Assembly: GCF_003231495.1 (NCBI RefSeq) | Contig: NZ_PQWO01000005.1 | Location: 240,001-272,000, forward strand | Direction: 5' to 3' | DNA length: 32,000 nucleotides | From: Acaryochloris thomasi RCC1774 | GTDB lineage: Bacteria; Cyanobacteriota; Cyanobacteriia; Thermosynechococcales; Thermosynechococcaceae | In this document: positions 1-9,523 of the stretch, piece by piece | Layout: each line of letters starts with the position of its first letter | Numbering within the stretch: the stretch's first letter is position 1 | The notes under the pieces: generated by a model | What the model saw: only the letters and a program-made list of their open reading frames with translations | Told to the model about the DNA's origin: nothing | Database searches by the model: none | Program-made: the position numbers and the translations under genes

Positions 1-2
1 AC

Positions 3-182
3 CGAGTCATTGGTCTGATTCGCTCTCAATTGACGAATAAAGATGTCACCATTCAGTATGGTGGCTCCGTTAAACCGGGCAATGTGGACGAAATAATGGC
101 CCAGCCCGAGATTGACGGAGCGTTAGTCGGCGGTGGTAGCTTGACCGGCGATAGTTTCGCCAGAATTGTTAATCACCAGTAG
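3..182 (+). CDS. tpiA: Triosephosphate isomerase, C-terminal fragment (5' end lies upstream of the window)
   Basis: Frame 3 reads [59 protein letters not shown] and stops at TAG 180-182. 'IQYGGSV' and 'DGALVGG.SL' are conserved C-terminal TIM motifs. Confidence 0.85.
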   Translation, partial: RVIGLIRSQLTNKDVTIQYGGSVKPGNVDEIMAQPEIDGALVGGGSLTGDSFARIVNHQ

Positions 183-213
183 TCTGCTGATCGATCCTGG
201 TTAAGAAGGCTGG

Positions 214-870
214 TTAAGAAGGATCCATCTGTAGTCCCTGCAGAACGGCAGGTAACTGCTTATTATTCTGCTGCCAAAGCGCTTCCTTAAGCAAAATTCG
301 ATGCTTTTTGAGGCGGGTCAAACGGCCTTCTTGCTCAAATTGCTTCAGTAGACGGGTGGCCGTTACGCGTGTGATGCCTGTGATGTCAGCGAGAAGCTGG
401 TGAGTGAGCCGTAAATCTAGCATTTTTCCCTGTTCGACATCGCGGCCGAAGCGGGCAGCTAGCCACTGCAAAAATTTCAAAAGCCTTAAGGGCGCGCGCT
501 TATAGCCAATAATACTGAGGAATTCTTCCATGCAGCGAATCTGGAAGTACATGGCGTCTTGAACATTGTTTTGGGTTGGCGATACTGCCTGAACTTCTAC
601 TGCCGTTAAGCATTCCATCTGGAAGGGCTTAATTTGAGAGAGGGGGCGTCCGACGATATCGCCGTCACCCCACACGCCTAGCGTGATTAGGTCACCTTCA
701 TCATTCCAGGTGAGTGTGCGGACAAAGCCCTCGTCAATGCGCCATAGATTTTCAGCAGATGGCGGCAAAATGTCTCCTTGCTTGAAGGCAAGATCATGAT
801 TGAGGCTGGAAGATACTGGCATAAGGCAAAACCCTTCTTGAGAGTGATGCTGAGGTGTGCATTGTTTCAC
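214..870 (-). CDS. Crp/Fnr-family transcriptional regulator (cNMP-binding-like domain plus C-terminal HTH)
   Basis: 218-aa ORF. The N-terminal beta-roll-like region contains 'GDIVGRPLS'. The C-terminal HTH is 'LTHQLLADITGITRVTATRLLKQFEQEGRL', typical of Crp/Fnr. The true start may be the internal Met at 822 (MPVSSSL...), because a CRP-like palindrome overlaps the longer start. Confidence 0.8.
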   Translation of the reverse strand: MKQCTPQHHSQEGFCLMPVSSSLNHDLAFKQGDILPPSAENLWRIDEGFVRTLTWNDEGDLITLGVWGDGDIVGRPLSQIKPFQMECLTAVEVQAVSPTQNNVQDAMYFQIRCMEEFLSIIGYKRAPLRLLKFLQWLAARFGRDVEQGKMLDLRLTHQLLADITGITRVTATRLLKQFEQEGRLTRLKKHRILLKEALWQQNNKQLPAVLQGLQMDPS

Positions 871-871
871 A
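856..871. promoter_or_regulatory. CRP-type palindrome TGTGC-N6-TCACA next to the Crp-family gene
   Basis: Sequence is TGTGC ATTGTT TCACA, which matches the TGTGA-N6-TCACA consensus at 9 of 10 half-site positions. A further TCACA lies at 880-884. The site is about 40 nt upstream of the alternative ATG at 822. Confidence 0.35.
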
Positions 872-1083
872 ACTGAGCGTCACATGTTCCTAACTAGCTT
901 TGTGCACGTTTTCCTCAATGAGATCGGTACAGATTCGAGAAGGTCCTTGTAGAATCAACCTCGAGAGAGAATAACTGCTCAATATCTCAAGAGACTACTC
1001 CGCATAGATGAAGATGTAGTGAAAGTGGTTGACAATGTGCCGTAAGCTCTTGGTGAAAAAGATTTATGGTGGGACGGGCAGCC

Positions 1084-1135
1084 AAAAATACCGATAGCCG
1101 TGGGAGGTCGATGACGCCACAACTATCGGTATTTT
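1084..1135 (-). terminator. Putative intrinsic terminator downstream of the peroxiredoxin gene
   Basis: Perfect 10-bp arms ATACCGATAG (1088-1097) and CTATCGGTAT (1123-1132), with an inner GTGG/CCAC pair. An A-run flanks one side and a T-run the other, so on the minus strand the stem is followed by TTTTT. It lies about 40 nt after the stop at 1176. The loop is long, which lowers confidence. Confidence 0.5.
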
Positions 1136-1175
1136 AAGAGTGAGAAAACTTGCGGTGCTTTCTTCTGGTCTGGTG

Positions 1176-1781
1176 TTAGACGGTGGCGAAGTAATCTTTT
1201 GATTTGACGGGATCGGGGTTCATCGTTTGCGCCCCTGGGGTCCACCCTGCAGGACAGACTTCGTCAGGATTGGCTTGGACGTGCTGAATGGCCTGTAAAA
1301 TGCGGAGAGTTTCGTCTACGCTGCGCCCAAATGCAAGATTGTTGACGGTTGCGTATTGAATGACACCGTCTTTGTCGATGATGAACAAGCCTCTGAGGGC
1401 AACACCGGCTTCAGGTTCCAGAACGTTATAGGCCGTGCTGATTTCTTTTTTGATGTCAGAAATGAGGGGATAGTTGAGGTCACCGACGCCACCAGATTTG
1501 CGATCGGTTTGAATCCAGGCTAGATGAGAGAACTCACTGTCAACGGAAATTCCGAGCACTTCTGTGTTCAGGGACTTAAATTCTTCGTAGCGATCGCTGA
1601 ACGCGGTGATCTCTGTGGGGCAAACAAAAGTGAAGTCTAAGGGATAGAAAAAGACAACAACATACTTGTTGCCACGGTAGCTCGACAGCTTAACATCTTG
1701 AAACTCCTGGTCGTATACTGCCGTGGCGGTAAAGTCAGGGGCGGTCTGACCGACCCGTAGGCACCCATTGTCTTCAGTCAT
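1176..1781 (-). CDS. Typical 2-Cys peroxiredoxin (AhpC/BAS1 type)
   Basis: 201 aa. The peroxidatic Cys motif is '[14 protein letters not shown]' and the resolving Cys motif is 'EVCPAGW'. '[11 protein letters not shown]' is also present. Confidence 0.95.
   Translation of the reverse strand: MTEDNGCLRVGQTAPDFTATAVYDQEFQDVKLSSYRGNKYVVVFFYPLDFTFVCPTEITAFSDRYEEFKSLNTEVLGISVDSEFSHLAWIQTDRKSGGVGDLNYPLISDIKKEISTAYNVLEPEAGVALRGLFIIDKDGVIQYATVNNLAFGRSVDETLRILQAIQHVQANPDEVCPAGWTPGAQTMNPDPVKSKDYFATV
1590..1597. repeat. HIP1 (highly iterated palindrome GCGATCGC); representative copy of at least 16 in the window
   Basis: Perfect copies start at 1590, 2665, 4497, 5162, 6707, 10635, 13153, 15994, 16566, 19827, 20638, 21419, 23297, 23443, 25628 and 28494. 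I found them by eye, so the count is a minimum. Confidence 0.9.
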
Positions 1782-1884
1782 AAATCAGTTACTCCTTACA
1801 GGATGGAATAGATCTGCGCTCACCACACCTCAGTCACAGAGATGGAGCCAAACGCTGAAACCATCATACTGTTAATAAACGGTT

Positions 1885-1918
1885 ACATTACGCCTGAGTT
1901 GTGCTGAGACGTAATGCT
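1885..1918 (-). terminator. Imperfect hairpin downstream of the NDH-2 gene (possible terminator)
   Basis: Arms ACATTACGCCTGAG and CTGAGACGTAATGC pair at 11 of 14 positions (14th pair 1885/1918 is A-T) around the loop TTGTG. On the minus strand the hairpin is followed by AACCGTTTATT, which is not a clean T-run. Confidence 0.3.
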
Positions 1919-1949
1919 AGGTCAAATACCGCTGTTTGAAGGAGCGTTT

Positions 1950-3140
1950 CTAGCTAGAGATTTCAGATAAGAGGGGCTTGAAGAGCCAGTTGAGGCCGAC
2001 CTTGAGCTGATGCTCTAGGGTTGGCATGCGATAGAGATAGATCAGTCGCCTAGCAACGTAGGCGAGGGGGCCATCTAGCTGGAGGCCAAAACCAGATAAT
2101 GCTGCGGTTTCTCGCCCCAGGGTCAGCATTTCGCCGAGGTGGTTGTACTGAAAATCAAGGAGGGGGCGATGGGTCAAGGAGGCCCAGATATTCCAGGCTG
2201 CACAGTCAGCCTGCTGAAGGGCCGCTTGCGCTGTACTCGCAATTTTCTTCCCGTTTGGATCGCGGCAGTCGGCTAGATCGCCGAGGGCATATATGTTGGG
2301 ATTATCTGAAACCTGGAGGGTTAGGTTCGTCATAATTTGCCCCTGATCGTTGTGAGACAGAGGCAGGGCTTGAATGGTCTGGGCAACGGCATTGCCGACG
2401 GTCCACAGCACTAAATCTACGTCGAGGGTATCAATCTGTCCTTTGAACTCTAAAGAAATCTGATCGGCAGTGATATCTTTGATGTCTGTTTCTTGATCTA
2501 GCCAGATACTGCGGCGTTCTAGTGCTTTTTGAGCCGCTTCTCGGTTGGCGGGATCAGCCGTCTCTAATATCTGTTGGCCGCGATCAATGAGGCGGAGGCG
2601 ACCGCGCTCTCCGAGGCGGTCTGCTATTTTGCAAGCCAGCTCAACACCGCTGGGGCCAGCTCCTGCGATCGCAACTCGAATCTTCTCCATGTCTGTGGCT
2701 TCAAGCTGGCGCAGTTTTTCTTCTAGCGCATAGGCATCGGCAATGGTACGAAAGGCGAAGGCATGCTCGGCAGCTCCAGATACCTGATCTTTTGGGGTTT
2801 CTCCCCCCAGCGCCAGGACGAGTCGATCATAGTTCAGCGTTGCTCCTTGATTGAGAGCTACGGTGGATGTGGCTAAATCAATCTTTTCGACATCGCCTTG
2901 GACAAAGCGGACGTTGGTATTCGCTAGAAGTTCGGTAAACGGTGGCGCAATTTCCCAGGTCTGGAGTTCTTCGGTCACCAATTCGTACAGAAACGGAGTG
3001 AAGAGAAAGTGGTCGTTTTGGTCAACGAGCGTAATCTCAGGCTGGGCAGAGGACCAGGGAAGCTGACTGAGCCGCAGGGCCGTGAACAGGCCACCGAAGC
3101 CGCCGCCAAGAATGCAAATTTTTTGAGGTGTTTGTGTCAT
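1950..3140 (-). CDS. Type II NAD(P)H dehydrogenase (NDH-2; size and N-terminus resemble cyanobacterial NdbB)
   Basis: 396 aa with two Rossmann dinucleotide motifs, 'ICILGGGFGGLFTA' and 'VAIAGAGPSGVELA', plus 'YALGDLA' near the C-terminus. Confidence 0.85.
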   Translation of the reverse strand: MTQTPQKICILGGGFGGLFTALRLSQLPWSSAQPEITLVDQNDHFLFTPFLYELVTEELQTWEIAPPFTELLANTNVRFVQGDVEKIDLATSTVALNQGATLNYDRLVLALGGETPKDQVSGAAEHAFAFRTIADAYALEEKLRQLEATDMEKIRVAIAGAGPSGVELACKIADRLGERGRLRLIDRGQQILETADPANREAAQKALERRSIWLDQETDIKDITADQISLEFKGQIDTLDVDLVLWTVGNAVAQTIQALPLSHNDQGQIMTNLTLQVSDNPNIYALGDLADCRDPNGKKIASTAQAALQQADCAAWNIWASLTHRPLLDFQYNHLGEMLTLGRETAALSGFGLQLDGPLAYVARRLIYLYRMPTLEHQLKVGLNWLFKPLLSEISS

Positions 3141-3345
3141 GAGGGTAGGGATTCAGTCATCCGCCGTAGTGTGGAAGCTACTGATCAGGATAACAACTTG
3201 CTTCCACCTCGACTTTCGCCTGCATGGTGCTTAGTTGGATCCCCCTAGCGACTTTTTTCTATGAGGAGGGATACGGGCGAGAACTAGATTTCAAGATTAT
3301 TTGTAATACAGGCTGAAAGAGAGCTGTATGGCCGCAGTCTCGTCC

Positions 3346-3822
3346 TCACAGTAGCTGGCGCTCAACAAACATCTCTGTTACTGACCAGAGGCCATTATTG
3401 GCACGGAGCTTGCAGCGAACAGGGGCAGAGTCATATGTCAAAACTGGAATACCCAGAACAGTCGCCATTGATTGAGTATCAATAATGGCTGCAAACTCTT
3501 CGTTAGTGTCTTCAGTAATGCTGTATAAATTGACGGTTAAGCATGGATATGCTCCCCATGGTAGGGAATTGAAGACGGATCTCTGAACCTCCAAATATTC
3601 ACTTTTAGTAGATACACCGAATAGATCTCCCTGATAGCTGGCTGATATCACAGAAGCCAGTATCTTAAGATCTTTGGTGTCGTAGGCTTTCTTGAATCTT
3701 TGGAAGGTCAACAGGACATTGCGAGGTAGATGTGGGGGCGTTGCTTGTTCCTCATGCCATATTTTTAACCAGTTGTAACCTTGCTGAACGGTGGAAACGA
3801 GTAGGCCAGTTTCTAGCATCAC
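3346..3822 (-). CDS. Hypothetical protein (possibly NTF2/SnoaL-like fold)
   Basis: 158-aa ORF that fills the gap between neighbouring genes. I recognise no diagnostic motif. The fold suggestion rests only on size and a 'FKKAYDTKDLKILASVIS' type helix. Confidence 0.5.
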   Translation of the reverse strand: MMLETGLLVSTVQQGYNWLKIWHEEQATPPHLPRNVLLTFQRFKKAYDTKDLKILASVISASYQGDLFGVSTKSEYLEVQRSVFNSLPWGAYPCLTVNLYSITEDTNEEFAAIIDTQSMATVLGIPVLTYDSAPVRCKLRANNGLWSVTEMFVERQLL

Positions 3823-3951
3823 AATTCTGCGCTATGGAAGTTGATTTAATGATGCCCATGGCAGCCGAATCACTGGACAATCCTTTCGTCTTGCTTTTGA
3901 GAGCTTCCACGCAAGGAATCCAGTACAATCAAATCCTGCGATAGAGAAAAT

Positions 3952-4857
3952 TTGGGAAAGCCTGTGGTCGTTAAGCCGGACTGGTTAAGAGTGAAAGCCC
4001 CGCAATGGGAGCGAGTGGGCAGCGTCAAAGATATTCTGCGAGACCTAGAGCTGAACACGGTCTGCGAAGAGGCCTCCTGTCCTAACATTGGCGAGTGTTT
4101 TCACCACGGGACAGCGACCTTTTTGATTATGGGACCGGCCTGTACCCGTGCCTGTCCCTACTGCGACATTGATTTTGAAAAGAAGCCTCAGGTGCTTGAT
4201 CCCACTGAGCCTGATCGCTTGGCTGAGGCCGTGCGGCGGATGGGGTTAAACCATGTGGTGATCACTTCTGTAAATCGTGATGATTTACCCGATGGTGGAG
4301 CCTCGCAGTTTGTGCGCTGTATTGAGCAGATTCGAGAAATATCTGCAGGGACAACGATTGAGGTGCTGATCCCCGATTTATGCGGGAACTGGCAGGCGCT
4401 GGAGACAATCCTGCGGGCTGAGCCAGATGTGCTTAACCACAATACAGAGACGGTGCCGCGTCTTTATAAACGTACCCGGCCTCAGGGAGACTACTTGCGA
4501 TCGCTTGATCTCCTAAAACGCGCCCGTCAGCTTGCCCCCTGGGTTTATACAAAATCCGGCATTATGGTGGGCCTGAGCGAAACAGACGCAGAGGTGCGGG
4601 CGGTAATGCGCGATCTACGCGAGGTGGACTGCGATATTCTCACGATTGGTCAATACCTGCAGCCCACGGCCAAACACCTTGGCGTCGATAGCTTTGTGCA
4701 TCCTGACCAGTTTGCTGCTTGGGAATCAGCGGGGCAAGAACTAGGGTTTTTGCAGATTGTTGCTTCCCCCCTGACCCGCAGTTCTTATCATGCTGAGCAG
4801 GTCAAAGCGCTAATGGAGCAATATCCGCGTCCTCGGCCTCCAGCCATCGGGGGGTAG
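3952..4857 (+). CDS. lipA: Lipoyl synthase
   Basis: The auxiliary cluster motif is '[12 protein letters not shown]' and the radical-SAM motif is 'CTRACPYC'. 'RSSYHA' lies near the C-terminus. 301 aa. Confidence 0.95.
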   Translation: MGKPVVVKPDWLRVKAPQWERVGSVKDILRDLELNTVCEEASCPNIGECFHHGTATFLIMGPACTRACPYCDIDFEKKPQVLDPTEPDRLAEAVRRMGLNHVVITSVNRDDLPDGGASQFVRCIEQIREISAGTTIEVLIPDLCGNWQALETILRAEPDVLNHNTETVPRLYKRTRPQGDYLRSLDLLKRARQLAPWVYTKSGIMVGLSETDAEVRAVMRDLREVDCDILTIGQYLQPTAKHLGVDSFVHPDQFAAWESAGQELGFLQIVASPLTRSSYHAEQVKALMEQYPRPRPPAIGG

Positions 4858-4899
4858 GTTTTATACATATATACAAGGTTGAATAGCCCAAGACCGGCT

Positions 4900-5274
<375 letters not shown>

Positions 5275-5421
5275 CTACCTTTGTTTAGGCTGGTTTGGTT
5301 TGAGCTAGAAGCAGTACTATGAAAGGGAGTTTAGACCTGTACTTTTACTTTACAGGTATAAATTCTGGGATCTCGAAAATTAAAAATTCTGCATTTCAGT
5401 ACTAGATAGGACGAAAGTAAG

Positions 5422-6165
5422 ATGATGCACTCTGCCCTGCAGCTCGCGTTTGCCCAAAGCAGTGCCCTCAAAATTATCAGTGGTCTCAATAACTTTGATC
5501 ATGAGCGAGTGGCTGCGGTTGTCAGAGCTGCAGATCAAGGCGGCGCAACGTTTGTTGATACCGCCGCAGATGCTGACCTGATTCAGCTGGTGCGTCAGCA
5601 AACCCAGCTTCCTATCTGTGTATCCGCTGTTGAAACGAAGCTGTTTGTGATGGCTGTTGAGGCCGGTGCCGATCTTATTGAGATTGGTAACTTCGATAGT
5701 TTCTATGCTCAGGGACGCCAGTTTAGTTCTGTTGAGGTGTTGGCGCTGACCCGAGAGGTGCGATCTCATCTCCCCCATGTCGCTCTATCGGTGACTGTGC
5801 CCCACATTTTGGAGCTAGATCAGCAGGTCCAGCTGGCTGTTGATCTCGTCGCAGCTGGTGCTGACATCATTCAGACTGAAGGGGGAACTAGTAGCGAGCC
5901 TGTCCATGCTGGAACGCTAGGGCTGATTGAAAAAGCGGCCCCAACCCTAGCCGCCGCCTCTGAAATTTCTAAAGCCGTTTCTGTGCCGGTCATGTGTGCC
6001 TCAGGTTTGTCCGATGTGACCGCTCCCTTGGCAATTGCGGCCGGTGCCCAAGGGATTGGTGTGGGATCTGCCGTCAATCAGCTCAATAGTGAACTGGCGA
6101 TGATTGCCGCTGTCCGCAGTTTAGTAGAAGCACTACAGCCTGCCCGTCTGACACGCACAGTATAA
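5422..6165 (+). CDS. ycf23: Ycf23-like protein (DUF561 TIM-barrel family)
   Basis: 'ALKIISGLNNFD', 'GGATFVDTAADADL', 'LPICVSAVE' and 'GADLIEIGNFDSFY' match my recollection of cyanobacterial and plastid Ycf23. 247 aa. Confidence 0.75.
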   Translation: MMHSALQLAFAQSSALKIISGLNNFDHERVAAVVRAADQGGATFVDTAADADLIQLVRQQTQLPICVSAVETKLFVMAVEAGADLIEIGNFDSFYAQGRQFSSVEVLALTREVRSHLPHVALSVTVPHILELDQQVQLAVDLVAAGADIIQTEGGTSSEPVHAGTLGLIEKAAPTLAAASEISKAVSVPVMCASGLSDVTAPLAIAAGAQGIGVGSAVNQLNSELAMIAAVRSLVEALQPARLTRTV

Positions 6166-6358
6166 GCACTGGCTACTTGCTGGCCTCGGCTGGCAGTGCG
6201 TTGATCAATGCAGCTCTGCTATCAAGTCGGGTGGCCAGTGCCCCCCAGCCTTCGGCTTCGAGAAGCTCCAAAGCCCTCCTTTCTTCGGAGGAGGATTGAG
6301 AGACAGCGCAGCAGCATTGCTCATGCAAAAAACGAGCCAATAATATGGAGCCAAAACA

Positions 6359-8905
6359 ATGAGAGCCGTACTCATGGCCGGTGGCGAGGGAACTCGGTTG
6401 CGCCCATTGACCTGCGACCTCCCGAAGCCAATGGTCCCGATTCTCAATCGCCCCATTGCCGAGCACATTGTTAATCTGCTCAAGCGTCACCAAATCTACG
6501 AAATCATCGCCACACTGTTTTATCTGCCCGATGTGATGCGCGACTACTTTCGAGATGGGTCTCAGTTTGGTGTTCAGATGACCTATGCGGTTGAAGAAGC
6601 TCAGCCCCTGGGCACCGCTGGCTGCGTTAAAAACATCTCAGCCCTGTTGACGGATACCTTCTTAGTCATTAGCGGAGACTGTATCACTGACTTTAATTTA
6701 AGTGATGCGATCGCATTCCATAAAGAGCGAGGCTCCAAGGCAACCCTCGTGCTTGCTCGGGTTCCTAACCCCATGGAGTTCGGCGTTGTGATCACCGATG
6801 AGCAACAGCGCATCTGCCGATTTCTAGAGAAACCTTCCAGCAGCGAAATCTTTTCTGACACCGTTAATACCGGCATCTATATTTTAGAGCCGGATGTTCT
6901 CAATTACCTGCCCACTGATGAAGCCACTGACTTCTCCCATGATTTGTTTCCTCTGCTTCTAGAGAAAGGCGAACCTCTATATGGCTACGTTGCAGAGGGC
7001 TATTGGTGTGATGTCGGGAGTCTTGAGTCCTATCGAGAGGCCCAATATGATGCTCTCCATCGGGCCGTGCAGCTCAACTTTGCCTATCCAGAAACGGCTG
7101 CGGGGATTTGGATGGGGCAAAATAACTACATTGATCCACTCGCTCAGCTCAATCCACCTGTGCTGATGGGTGATAACTGCCGAATTGGCCCTCGTACCAA
7201 CCTTGAACCTGGCACCGTGATTGGCGATAACGTCATTATTGGTGCTGATGCTGATCTCAAGCGTCCGATTCTTTGGAACGGTGTTTCCGTCGGTGATGAG
7301 GCACATCTACGGGCCTGCACGCTGACGAGGGGGACACGGGTTGATCGGCGGGCGCATGTATTGGAAGGTGCTGTCGTGGGTGCCCTGTCAGCCATTGGTG
7401 AAGAAGCCCAGGTCAGCTCAGGGGTTCGGATATGGCCTAGTAAAAGGGTAGAACCCGGCGCTACGCTAAATATCAACTTGATTTGGGGCAATACTGCCCG
7501 CCGCAATCTTTTTGGGCAGAGAGGGGTGGCGGGCTTAGCCAACGTGGACTTCACCCCTGAGTTCGCGGTCAAATTGGGGGCGGCCTATGCTTCTACGTTG
7601 AAGGCTGGCTCTCAAGTGGTGATCTCGCGCGACCAGCGCAGCATCTCTCGGATGGTCTCACGGTCCTTGGTCTCGGGTTTAATGTCTGTGGGCGTAAATG
7701 TTCAGAATCTAGAGGCCACCGCCTTACCCATCTCGCGTTGCGTGGTGCGTACCCTCGATGTCACGGGCGGGATCCACGTTCGTATTCACCCTGACCGGTC
7801 TGACTACATCTTGATTGAGTTTTTTGATAAGCAGGGCATCAATGTCTCGAAAGGGAAAGAAAAAAAGATCGAAGGGGCTTACTTCAAAGAAGATTTTCGC
7901 CGCGCACCCATCGACGAAATTGGCAGGATTACCTACCCCAGTCAGATTCCCGAACTCTATGCCACTGACTTTGAAAAGCACCTGAATACCGACGCGATTC
8001 GTGAAGGTAACTTCAAGGTCGTCATTGACTATGTCTATGCGGTTTCGGGGGCTGTTCTGCCTCAGTTCTTGAATAAGTTTGGCTGTGACGTCGTGGTTCT
8101 CAACGCCAGCCTCCGAGAAACAAACCCCTCGCCTGAAGAACGGGCCGAACTATTGGAGCAATTAGGGCCGGTTGTCGAAGCTCTCAAGGCTCACATCGGA
8201 GTTCAGGTGGCCGCGAATGGGGAACAATTGATTTTAGTTGATGAGACCGGTAGCGCCATTGAGGGTGAGCAGCTCACGGCTCTGATGGTGGAAATTATCT
8301 TAACGGCTCATTCACGGGGAACTGTCGTGGTGCCGGTCAATGTCTCTAGTGCCGTTGATTTAGTTGCCCGACGGCACGATGCTAGAGTCATTCGCACGAA
8401 GGTCAATCCCACCGCCCTGATGGAAGCCTGCCGCGAGAATCCTGACGTGGTGTTGGGTGGTAGTGCCGAAAGCGGCTTTATTTTTCCGCAGCTTCATCCG
8501 GGGTTTGATGCCATGTTTTCCATTGCGAAGCTTATTGAGATGCTGCGGCTGCAGTCTCAACCCCTCGGGCAACTCAGAGCGGATTTGCCTCAAGTTTTCC
8601 ACCGTGCTCAGGATGTACGCTGTCCGTGGATTTGCAAGGGGGCGTTAATGCGTCATCTGATTGAAACACATCCGCCAGAATTGCTGGAACTGCTGGATGG
8701 GGTGAAGATCATTCAGCCGCAGACTGATAACTGGGTGCTAATTTTGCCAGATGCTAGTGAACCTTTGGTGCACCTGTATGCCAATGGCTCTGACCGCGAA
8801 TGGGTTGATTCAAGGCTGGCTGACTATTGCCAGCGTGTCCAAGATTTCATCGTTTGTGATCCAGATACTGAGATAGCCTCCGACAAGGTGGCTTCTGGTG
8901 TTTAG
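6359..8905 (+). CDS. Sugar-phosphate nucleotidyltransferase (mannose-1-P guanylyltransferase-like) fused to left-handed beta-helix repeats and a phosphohexomutase-like C-terminal module
   Basis: 848 aa. The N-terminus '[18 protein letters not shown]' is the NTP-transferase signature. Hexapeptide-repeat-like sequence spans about aa 270-370. The C-terminal half aligns to PGM/PMM domain architecture, but its catalytic motifs are degenerate (see findings). Confidence 0.85.
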   Translation: MRAVLMAGGEGTRLRPLTCDLPKPMVPILNRPIAEHIVNLLKRHQIYEIIATLFYLPDVMRDYFRDGSQFGVQMTYAVEEAQPLGTAGCVKNISALLTDTFLVISGDCITDFNLSDAIAFHKERGSKATLVLARVPNPMEFGVVITDEQQRICRFLEKPSSSEIFSDTVNTGIYILEPDVLNYLPTDEATDFSHDLFPLLLEKGEPLYGYVAEGYWCDVGSLESYREAQYDALHRAVQLNFAYPETAAGIWMGQNNYIDPLAQLNPPVLMGDNCRIGPRTNLEPGTVIGDNVIIGADADLKRPILWNGVSVGDEAHLRACTLTRGTRVDRRAHVLEGAVVGALSAIGEEAQVSSGVRIWPSKRVEPGATLNINLIWGNTARRNLFGQRGVAGLANVDFTPEFAVKLGAAYASTLKAGSQVVISRDQRSISRMVSRSLVSGLMSVGVNVQNLEATALPISRCVVRTLDVTGGIHVRIHPDRSDYILIEFFDKQGINVSKGKEKKIEGAYFKEDFRRAPIDEIGRITYPSQIPELYATDFEKHLNTDAIREGNFKVVIDYVYAVSGAVLPQFLNKFGCDVVVLNASLRETNPSPEERAELLEQLGPVVEALKAHIGVQVAANGEQLILVDETGSAIEGEQLTALMVEIILTAHSRGTVVVPVNVSSAVDLVARRHDARVIRTKVNPTALMEACRENPDVVLGGSAESGFIFPQLHPGFDAMFSIAKLIEMLRLQSQPLGQLRADLPQVFHRAQDVRCPWICKGALMRHLIETHPPELLELLDGVKIIQPQTDNWVLILPDASEPLVHLYANGSDREWVDSRLADYCQRVQDFIVCDPDTEIASDKVASGV

Positions 8906-9013
8906 GGGATCAAGCGATGCCTGCTGTCTGAAGCACTATAGTAGTATTGAGTACGGATTCTGGAGCAGGGTTGCTGCTGAGTCATTCACTAAAGGGACGA
9001 AGAGGGTCTAGCG

Positions 9014-9469
9014 ATGAATAGCTGTGTACTGATGGGTGAGATTATCAAAGCGCCAGAGCTGCGATTTACCCAAGACGGTCAAACTGCGATTGCAGAGATG
9101 ACGGTCCAGTTTCCAGCCATTCGTGCTGAAGATCCGATGGAGACGGTGAAGGTGGTGAGCTGGGGCAATATGGCGCAGCAGGTCCAAGAACAGTATCAGC
9201 AGGGCGACCAAGTTGTGATCGAGGGCCGTCTGACCATGAACAGCATTGACCGACCCGAAGGCTTTAAAGAGAAGGTTGCCGAGGTCACGGCTTCAAGAAT
9301 TCATCCTATGTCAATGAATGCTGTGACCACATCGGTGCCCAGTATGCCAACGACTGCTAGCCAAGGGCGTTCAGCACCTCCCGCAGTTGCTCAAACAGCG
9401 CCGCCGCAGGCTGCACCTCAAGCTGCGCCGCCAGTGGAAGAGCCGAACTATGATGATATTCCCTTCTAA
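9014..9469 (+). CDS. ssb: Single-stranded DNA-binding protein
   Basis: The OB-fold N-terminus is 'MNSCVLMGEIIKAPELRFTQDGQ'. It is followed by a Pro/Ala/Gln-rich linker and the canonical acidic tip 'DDIPF'. 151 aa. Confidence 0.92.
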   Translation: MNSCVLMGEIIKAPELRFTQDGQTAIAEMTVQFPAIRAEDPMETVKVVSWGNMAQQVQEQYQQGDQVVIEGRLTMNSIDRPEGFKEKVAEVTASRIHPMSMNAVTTSVPSMPTTASQGRSAPPAVAQTAPPQAAPQAAPPVEEPNYDDIPF

Positions 9470-9523
9470 ACCTTGTCCAAGGTTCACTCTGTGGGTGCAT
9501 TCCACTTTTGCAAATAGTTCTTG

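Noticed and set aside
871-1175. Searched the 305-bp spacer and other intergenic regions for tRNA, tmRNA or riboswitch-like sequence
   Set aside because: I could not trace a cloverleaf, a GGTTCGAATCC-type T-arm, or any conserved riboswitch core that I recognise. Only the terminator-like hairpin at 1084-1135 is reported.
6173-6493. Minus-strand ORFs of 106 and 92 aa, and a plus-strand ORF of 88 aa, around the ycf23 to nucleotidyltransferase spacer
   Set aside because: Their N-terminal parts overlap the strongly supported start of the nucleotidyltransferase gene ([18 protein letters not shown] at 6359). They have no recognisable motifs. The spacer does contain a CCTCC/GGAGG hairpin, but I could not support any function for it.
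7144-7572. 142-aa minus-strand ORF, and other ORFs at 6601-6876, 6977-7306, 7724-7981 and 8360-8602, inside the nucleotidyltransferase gene
   Set aside because: All are antisense or out of frame within a continuous 848-aa gene that has recognisable domains. None has motifs of its own.
9470-9523. Possible bidirectional terminator between the convergent ssb and purD genes
   Set aside because: Only short stems are present: ACCTTG/CAAGGT with a 2-nt loop, and GTGG/CCAC followed by TTTT. They are too weak to report as a feature.
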